A DNA stretch of 57,045 bases from a virus (Duplodnaviria; Heunggongvirae; Uroviricota; Caudoviricetes). The notes below the pieces were generated by a model. It made no database searches, was not told where the DNA came from, and worked only from the letters and a program-made list of their open reading frames with translations. The DNA is taken from positions 64,001 to 121,045 of IMG/VR virus record IMGVR_UViG_3300012983_000003; one strand, 5' to 3'. Below are positions 7,684-16,300 of the stretch, piece after piece. The number at the start of each line of letters is the position of its first letter. The first letter of the stretch is position 1. The position numbers and the translations under genes were made by a program.

Positions 7684-8917
7684 CGTTCTTACCTCCCTTG
7701 ATATGTTCGTATTTCTTGGTTAATTTATAACCATCAAATAAATCATTGTAGAGTTTTAACATATTCCTTTTCGCGTGATATGACATCGCAACTTTTGTAT
7801 GAGCGAGCCACGACTGCATCGAATTATAAACATCGTCCAGAGTCATACAGCCGTCATCAACTAAATGTCTGAATTTCTTGAGCTTGCGTCTCATACGCAC
7901 AATTCCAGCTTTAGTGAGAGTGCTGACGATTTTGCCGGTGGGAGTAATTCTATAACGAACTTTCATAAACACAAAACCACGAGTAGATTTAACAACTCTT
8001 GTTTTCTTATCATTAAATGTCAGTCCAAGTTCGTCTGCGATTTTCTTCATTTCGGCATACAGTTGATGTAAGGTTTCTTTATTATCCGAGATAACCATAC
8101 CGTCATCCATATATCTGATATAATGTTTAAACTTTCTATGGTCTTTAACATAATGGTCTAATTTGTTAGGAACAACCAAAGCCATTATCTGCGAGATTTG
8201 ACTACCGAGACAAATACCGTGAGACTGATTATTATTGAGTCTCTCCAGAAGTTTATCTCTTTCTTCTCCTGTATAGGTTCTGTTAATGACAGACTTTTCA
8301 TAGGATTTGATGATAGCCATAGTTAAACCCTTAATGTATCTATCGGTAAAGTTTTGATTAAGTACATCGAGGCAAGTTTGGTGTGGGATGCTATCAAAGA
8401 AGCTCTTAAAATCAAAAGTTAAAATATAGAATTCAGAGCCATATTCCTTTACAGCTTTTCGCAAATGACCGACTAATCTCTTTCGTGCAAAATCTACGCC
8501 TTTATCTTTCATACTTGCGCCATTATCATAAATCAATGAGTTTTGTAGCACAGGCACAAGAGCATTATCGCATAGAACACGCTGAGTCATACGGTCTCTG
8601 ATTGTAATAGGTACAATCTCTCTACGCTTACCTCTTTCATACAGTACAATACGATTAACGCTCGATAATTCTGGCAGAACACCGTTCTTCAAACTCTTTA
8701 CTGTTCTGTCGATTTCTACAATAGCGTTATGCGTATATTTTTGAACGCTACCTTTCCAACTAACACCCTTTCGACACTTTCCAAGAGCCTCAACAAAGTG
8801 TTGCATCGTGATAACGCTGTCGAAGTTATCATTATATTTAAACTTTTCAGAGCGTATCTCTGCTTTACGCTTTTTATCGCGCACTATTCGAGCTCTTGCT
8901 CTTTGGTATTTTGTCAT
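7625..8917 (-). CDS. DGR reverse transcriptase
   Basis: DFKSFFDSI, GICLGSQISQ (DGR-type G..SQ signature), YIRYMDD; basic N-terminus; AAAGGAG SD. Confidence 0.97.
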   Translation of the reverse strand: MTKYQRARARIVRDKKRKAEIRSEKFKYNDNFDSVITMQHFVEALGKCRKGVSWKGSVQKYTHNAIVEIDRTVKSLKNGVLPELSSVNRIVLYERGKRREIVPITIRDRMTQRVLCDNALVPVLQNSLIYDNGASMKDKGVDFARKRLVGHLRKAVKEYGSEFYILTFDFKSFFDSIPHQTCLDVLNQNFTDRYIKGLTMAIIKSYEKSVINRTYTGEERDKLLERLNNNQSHGICLGSQISQIMALVVPNKLDHYVKDHRKFKHYIRYMDDGMVISDNKETLHQLYAEMKKIADELGLTFNDKKTRVVKSTRGFVFMKVRYRITPTGKIVSTLTKAGIVRMRRKLKKFRHLVDDGCMTLDDVYNSMQSWLAHTKVAMSYHAKRNMLKLYNDLFDGYKLTKKYEHIKGGKNGELLQTDKWHEFRWNCYSA

Positions 8918-9241
8918 AACTTCAACTCCTTTTGGTATTTGATGTTACCCCGCACGGCTGATTTATTAACTGTTGGTTATAGCCGCAAATAGACTTGTGA
9001 CATCTCAAAAATAAACAGTCATATTATTAAGACGCGCCTACAAACTAAGGCGTTATACTATCTCGCAAGTATAAACGGGATGCTTTCATAGCATACACCT
9101 CTTAAACAGAGGTGTGTTTTATTTACTGCGATTTATCACAGAGGGTTATATTCTCCTTCTCATATATTAAAATCAACATTCCTATTTAATATGATTTCAT
9201 CTCTTTCGCCCTCATTGCGTGGTTACTCAATATATGAAAAT

Positions 9242-9347
9242 CAGGGGCAAACGCCATTCGAGTTGTTGGCGTTGTTGTTGTTGACGTTACCATTGTTGTT
9301 AACATTCCAGAAGTTAGTGGTGTTACCAATATTAGGCGAACGCAACC
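9242..9347 (-). repeat. DGR template repeat (TR)
   Basis: Reads LRSPNIGNTTNFWNVNNNGNVNNNNANNSNGVCP in the VR frame, with 15 AAY codons and 33 adenines; aligns without gaps to the VR. Confidence 0.97.
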
Positions 9348-9417
9348 CCACAAGCGAACAAGCGAACGGGCAGCCGACCCCAACAGGGTGATAGAATATA
9401 ACCAATATTAAGAGTCG

Positions 9418-10212
9418 TTATTTTAAGTTTTCAAAACGACGCTTATCTGATTTTTGTAAACCAGTTAATAATGTTATCTCTTTAACCAACATATCCGACC
9501 ATTCACGCATAATGCGTTCACTGTACTGCATCAGGTTAAAATACGCTAACATTCTTCGGTTCATCTGTTTAAGACAGGATATAGCTTTTGATATGTACTT
9601 ACTGCGTATGATATATTCATCTTTAGTAGTTGGAATTTTCTGATTTGCTTTCATTACATTATTAAAAGCGTCATCAATCAGACTTATCAATAACGCACCC
9701 TCGGTGTCGTCATAACATACCGATGCGTTCAGCACCTTGCTATATGTGTATCTGTGTAGGTTTGACATATTTCTCAGGAACTCTACCGTATGAATTTTGT
9801 CCCAATCTAAAATCATAATTTCTACACTCCTGTCAGTATTGTAAATTAAGTTTAATAAGGAGATTTCTTTATCGATAAACTCGACCCAATGTGCCATAGT
9901 TTTGGTTTTGTAATGTTCAATATTCCACAATACCATTAGGTGTTTATCTAACGATTGTAATAGGTCAACCGACTTTTCAGACAATCCTTGAACATACTTG
10001 ACTTTCTCACACTTATCACGGAAGTAGCACTCATTGATTTCCATTATATTTCGGTACACCCTATTCATAATAATATCAATATCGGTGCTCAACCACCGTC
10101 TCTTCCTTTTAGGTAAGTGAGCAGTCTTTTCTCTGCTAAACCTATATAGTTGCATAAAAGTATTCTCGAACTCTGTGTCAGAAATACGCCGCTGACTCCT
10201 AATTACAGACAT
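9418..10212 (-). CDS. avd: Avd-like accessory protein, tandem double domain (264 aa)
   Basis: Located between VR and TR. MSV.RS.R N-terminus and KSDK.RF C-terminus of Firmicute Avd; the two halves align (EF..L.R / N.M..N / M..W...KEI.LL). Confidence 0.85.
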   Translation of the reverse strand: MSVIRSQRRISDTEFENTFMQLYRFSREKTAHLPKRKRRWLSTDIDIIMNRVYRNIMEINECYFRDKCEKVKYVQGLSEKSVDLLQSLDKHLMVLWNIEHYKTKTMAHWVEFIDKEISLLNLIYNTDRSVEIMILDWDKIHTVEFLRNMSNLHRYTYSKVLNASVCYDDTEGALLISLIDDAFNNVMKANQKIPTTKDEYIIRSKYISKAISCLKQMNRRMLAYFNLMQYSERIMREWSDMLVKEITLLTGLQKSDKRRFENLK

Positions 10213-10271
10213 AATGAAAACCTCCTTTGGTTCTACTCGTCGGGCAAGCCGCCGAGATATTTTTATATATG

Positions 10272-10299
10272 CCCGCCCGACGCTTACGCGCCGAGCAGG
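10272..10299 (-). other. GC-rich hairpin downstream of the VR (candidate DGR target-recognition hairpin)
   Basis: 12-bp stem on the minus strand (9 Watson-Crick + 3 G-T) with a GTAA loop, 22 nt after the target stop, not followed by a T tract. Confidence 0.6.
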
Positions 10300-10320
10300 A
10301 CTTTATGGGTGTATATAGCA

Positions 10321-13300
10321 TCAGATAGAGAAGCAGGGGCAAACGCCACCCGAGTAGTAGGCGTCGCCGTTGGTGACGCCACCATAGCCGTAAACACCCC
10401 AGAAGCCAGTGGTGATACCAACATAAGGCGAACGCAACCACCAATATTGTGCCTGTATCCATCCGCCGCCGATTGCTGCGGTTGCATTAGGCGTAATATT
10501 GTATTTATCCAGAACCTCTTGTGGCTCATAGATATATCCTCTGCTACTATCGTCAGAGTCAAGCCAGATATCACCAGCCTTAATTACATTTGTGCTAACT
10601 GTAGACGGGTCAGATGTAGCCGAGAAGAATTTTACATCATCAGGGATAATCAAACCTTTAAACTTAAGTCTATATCTATCTGATGTATACCAAGTGATAT
10701 AATCACCCTCACTTGCATACGGCTCACTCGAGTTATTATTCATCTCAGTTGTCGAGGCTAAATAAACATTGTCTTCCGATACAATGAGTTCACTTGATTT
10801 ATTGCCAGCAGAAGCGTTGATTTTCACCTTTTTCAACATAGACTTCCATACAGTTGGCAGCGCATCGTATATTCTTGTATTCAAGAAAGTACGCATCAAC
10901 GAAGCATCCCAGCCACCGACATTGGTATTGGTTGAATTCATCCAATAAGTTCTACCTGCAAGTAAGTGATTACAAATAAACGAAGCATTGGATTTTTGGC
11001 TCGTACCACCAGCTAATCTGTATCTCTCAGACCCACAGAATTCCATTCTCAACGGCTCGTGATACCAAGTTGCTAATTGCTTACAGTTGGTATCTCCAAT
11101 GTCGTCATACCAAATTTTACACCAGTGAATAATACCTGTACCATAGTCATCATAGCCACCATCACTGAAACGAATACCGCCGAACGAGATGGCTTCGTCC
11201 GTATTTGTACTACGACTTCTGGTAATTTCAGCTCGAATTGTTGCTGCGCTAAATTGTGTTTTTGCGTCTGTACCGTTAGAGGCATACACATATAATTTAT
11301 TTTCGCCTTTACGATGTCTAATGACTACAATGTCACGCTGTAATCCACTACCAAACTCTTGTTTGACATCGCCCCACTGTATATTCGGATTAGAATTATA
11401 TCGTAATCTAAATCCCTCGGAGCCATCTTCTTGGAATGTAGAAACAAGCGTATTATTAACATCTGTACCAGTAAATTGATAATCAATCGCCAATGTAAAG
11501 CTTCTTTCATTTTCACCAAAAAGTTTAACTTCTGTCGTAGTCGCAGTAGTACCGTCAAGCACGAGATTTTCTGCAAGCACCTCACTTGGTACATTTGCAA
11601 AATTAAAGTCGTGACCAAGTGTAATGTCGGTGTAGTCTTTTAATGCAAAATAGTTTGCTGTTTTACCAGACGCTACCACAGCATTGATTTCGGCTACAGA
11701 CATCTCCTCGAGGTGTTTACCACCTTCTACGGTAGGTAATGCGGGTAAGCTTGCTCTTTCCCAGATAGCATATACATCTGTGTCGCCACGGATATAGCCT
11801 GTGCTCTTATCCCAACCGGCAAACACATTGTAAATAGCGAATTCTTCCTCGGTTGTATTTGTAGGAGTTGCGCCAGTATAAACAACCTCGCTACCGTAAG
11901 TAGCCTGTGTAGAGCCGAGAGATAAGCCAGCTCTCGAATACCAAGTTACCGTGTAAGTACGAACAGTCTTGGTGTATTTAGCCTTAACGGTACGCTTCGC
12001 AAGAACAGCACTTGTAATTTCATCCCAGCCACTACCTGCGACATATTCGCCGTCTGTAGTCGTGCCGAACTCGTAAGTATATTGCTCGTCGCTTGCCTTG
12101 GTAGGCTTAGCAATCCAGCCTTCTTTATACGGGTCGGGCGGTGTGGCGTTCTGGTCAACATAAACTTCATATAAAACTGTGTTTTCATCATCATCGTTCA
12201 CATAGGTGATAAGATGCTGAGGAATTAAGTTTGCGGGGTCATAAGTAACTTCCAAGTCAGACCAAGCAGCCGCATAATTTGCGAGTTCCTGATTTCTGAT
12301 AGCGCCACTTACATATACCTTACCGCTAAGCGAAGTGTTGTTCATAGCAAGGATTTCGTTGAGAAGTGTACTGTCGGGAAGTGTCCAATCGATACCTGTG
12401 AGTCGGAGTGTTTGTAAGGTATCTTTTGCATCAACAACGATAGCGTACTCATCTACGATAGAGTTTTCCTCTGTCAAAGACTCAAGGTTATCATAAGATA
12501 CTTGTAAGTCTGTTAAGTAGTTAAGGTTACGCATCGACAAAGTGTTAATGGTATCAGGTAAGTGAGCAGTCACAATCTTACCGTTCGGTGCAAAGATAAC
12601 ACCAGTAATTGCGGTGCCCTCGGCATAGAATGTTTCGAGGTTGCCACAACTTGTAAGGTTGACAGAGCCGATTAAGTTCGGGCAGTTCTTGACATTCAGT
12701 TCCTGAAGCAATGCGTTATTACCGATATTAAGTTCAGTTAAGAAACTGTTAGCATAACCCTCGGTGTCATTACCGATAATTAACTTCTGAAGCTTAGAAG
12801 CCTTAGTGAAGTCGTTATCGTGAATATAACAACCAGAAAGGTCATTAAGTTCCTGAATTTTAGACGAGCAGTAGATGAGGATTGCAGTATCATCCATCTT
12901 ACCACTTAAGGGGTTCTTGATTTCATACTCAACACCCGCTTTTGCACGAATTTGCATCGGGGTAGCAGAGTTACCATAGAGAACCGAAAGGTACATATCT
13001 GCATAAGGAACAATCTTAAGGTCATAATTCGGGGTTACAACCGCTTCGGTAGGCGTATTACATCTGAACATAATCTGGTCAGCCTTAACAGAAGCAGCGA
13101 CATATTTGGTGCCCATATAGGCTTCTTGGTCGCGTTCCCATTGTCTACGGTGGTATCTCTTACGACCATTCATCATAGTCTCTAAGAAACGCTTTGTACC
13201 ACCTTGATATGTACGATAATATTTACGCTCAATATCGAGCTTCCAAAGTTCTTCGCAGAACATTTCTTGCCAAGTATCGAACTGAGAAATTAAACCGCTT

Positions 13301-16300
13301 GCGCTCCAAGCACCAGCACTTTCTCTATTCAGATACATAGCTTGTAATTGAGGATACATAAGGTCACGAATACGACAGAAGAAAATACTTTCAGCAGCGT
13401 TATAGATGTAGCCAGAGTTCGGGTCTCCGTCTGTTCTGTAGTCAGTATCTTCCTTACCATAGGTCATTGTCATCTCACCGGAGTTGTTAATACCTATTGC
13501 CGTGTCGTTATCATAATCCCAGAAGTCAAATCGGTATCCATTACGGATAGCGGCTGCTTCATTATCGATGGTGTACCACTCAGCCTTATCGCCTAAAGCC
13601 TCGGCTTCTGCTTCACTGATATAAACCTTAGCATAATGCCAGAAAGTGTTTTTAGCACGGTTATCGACCATCGTGTATCGCTCGGTGAATAAATACATAT
13701 ATAAGGATGCTTCTTCGATTGTCCAGTCTTTCAGCTCGTTAACGAACTCTTCGTCTGTCGAAGTAATAATCCATTTATAAAAGTCATTCCATACCTGAAT
13801 GTTAGCAGCTTGTTCCTCATCGGTGATATCGGCGTGCTCATATCTGAACTCAAATGTTTCATCCCAGTTACCATAGAGTGAGTCATAAGCAGTGTTGCCT
13901 GCAACCCATTGAGACTCAGAAATAGGATAAACCTGATTACCACTTGCGTCTGTTAAACCAGACGGGAAAATGGAGTTAGGTTTAGTATTATCGGAAATCT
14001 CAACTACGAACTCATTGTGGTCGTCAGGGTCGTATGCACGAGTAGAGTCAGTATCTTTAGAGTCACCAATATTACCAAGGGCATAGAAGTGCCAGTCGGT
14101 ATCGTTGAACTCTCTGTGTGTAGAGAGGTCGCTGTTGTTCTCGCGAACAAACACCACGCAGTTCACAAATTCCATAGTTGTCTTTGCGTTCGGGTCACGC
14201 TTTTGAGCAACAGTTGTATAAGGTAAGAACTCGTGGAAACGCTTTTGGAGTAAAGCGTTATTTGCGTTTTCAGACGAAGCGATATTTACCTTAATATTAA
14301 ACAAAGCGTTAGGAACAGAGGTACGGGTTAAAGCAACCTTACCTGTGCCATCAGAATACTTTGTACCATCGCCCATAGTTAATTCGGTAATATAATCGGG
14401 GTCGTATGTAGTATTCTTGTTTGTATATTCTCCGTCAAAACACATATAAATGTTAAGGTTTCTACCGGCGTATCCATATTCATTAGAAGTTGTACCCTGA
14501 CCAGAATGGGCAGCGTTAATCGCTTTCCAGTTGTCAAGTGCAGTATCACCGTTCTTGTGGATACATTCGATAGTTGTATTTTTGATGATTTCCTTTTTAT
14601 CCTGAGTAAAGTAAGGACAATCAATCTTAATAATCTTTAAGTCAGGACACGCAGATGCAACGAACTCAGGAGTAATCGCGTTATTTTCGTTGTAAATATC
14701 GTTACGCTCATATCTTGCTATCATAGTATCGGAGTCACGAGAGTCAGCGATAAAGTTAGAAAGAATGTCCGCGTCACTTAAAGCAGAGGTATAAGCCTTC
14801 ATACGATAGATGTGGATATCACAGTCGTCAGAGCCGATTGTAATAGGCACAGGCGCAAACTGATAAAGTCTGTGTGCCGCATCGTAAATAAGAGGTCTGA
14901 AACCAACACCGTCTTCATAACTCATAATAACTGCTGTTGCAGTTGCATCTTCGGTATCAAGAGTGTTGATATTGAATTCCATTTCAACGATGTCGTCTTC
15001 GCTGTAAGGAATATATAAGGGGTCGCTACCCGTTGCACTTGTCTTCAAATAAGCCGCGTGAGCGTTCATTTCTAAACCAACGACCGTGGCGTCGGATTGA
15101 CAAGACAAGAATGTTGCATCGGCATCACGAACGTTAGTGGCTTTGAAAATAACTTTAAATTCAGAGCCATACAAACTTGCATCTCTTTCAAACAAGTTAT
15201 AGTTAATAACAGCGCGAGTACCTGCCTTAACACAGAAATACTGGTTGCCATCATCATCTAACTGATAACCACCGTTAATCCAGTCGAAGTCGTCAGATAC
15301 AGTCATAGTCACGCCTGTATTAGCATCAGTCCATAATCTGTTTTCGCTGGTGTTGGATAAACCAGTGGGGTTAAAGTCAAACGCAAGATTTGCAGTTACG
15401 GGAGAAACATCAATACCAAGCTCGGCAATATCCATAACAATCGGTACAGAAACATCACGGCAAGAGATAACAAGGTTATGGTCGCCAATAACATCGGTCT
15501 TATAAGACCAAGTATTAGATGTAGATGTTAATGTTTCGGTCGCTACAACAGAGCCGTCTGCGGTATGAGTAACCGTAGGTGTGCCTGTGTTCGGGTCAAA
15601 CACATAGTAAACGATGTTCGTGGTGTTATACTGCTTAGAGGGAACCTTACCGTAATGGTCATATCTGTAGATACAGCCAATAACGGGGACATCAGACTCA
15701 TCATCAAACCAAACAATATCCTTGAAGATATGGTCGGTTTCAATATCGATGTTGTTTACGGTTGCAGTAATGTAACACTCGAGTAAGTGAGCGCCGTGCT
15801 CTTGTGCCGGTAACGAATACGACTGTAAAGTACCAGAGGCAGAAGTAACAACGGGTTCAAGCTCTTCACCGTCTAAAATAAAATGAACCGTCTTAGAGAC
15901 GGAACCGTAAGGAGTATATGTAAAGTTGACCGAGTTACCTGCGGGGTATGTAATTCTATCACTGAAAGCAGACTCAAGTCGAACATCGACAACCTGCACA
16001 GTCCAAGACTTAACATTCACGCTACCGCCGTCATCAACAACAGTAAGGGTGAACTTCTGAGTACCGATGGAAACATATTCGGTCATATCAAAGGTGTTTT
16101 CGCCCTGAACGAGAGCGCCAGTCATAATAGTGGAACTACCAAGTTTCCAAGTGTAGTTACCGTCAATTAACTCGCCGTCAGAGTCGGTAGAAGAATAGTT
16201 GATTTTGATTTCAACTTTATCTGTTGGTGTTGCGATAATAGGAGACGCTGTGATACGGTCAACAACAAGGTTAGTAGTTGTGGTTGTACCACCACCGCCA

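Larger units (their letters stand above)
7625..10439 (-). mobile_element. Diversity-generating retroelement cassette (VR - hairpin - avd - TR - RT)
   Basis: RT, Avd-like gene, and a TR/VR pair with adenine-only mismatches, all co-oriented with the target gene. Confidence 0.97.

Noticed and set aside
7625-8917. RT as a group II intron, retron or Abi RT
   Set aside because: No maturase X/endonuclease domain or msr-msd recognised; the adenine-specific TR/VR pair and adjacent Avd identify a DGR.
9186-9391. Short ORFs 9186-9383 (-) and 9191-9391 (+)
   Set aside because: They are shadows of the non-coding TR, with no SD and low-complexity translations.
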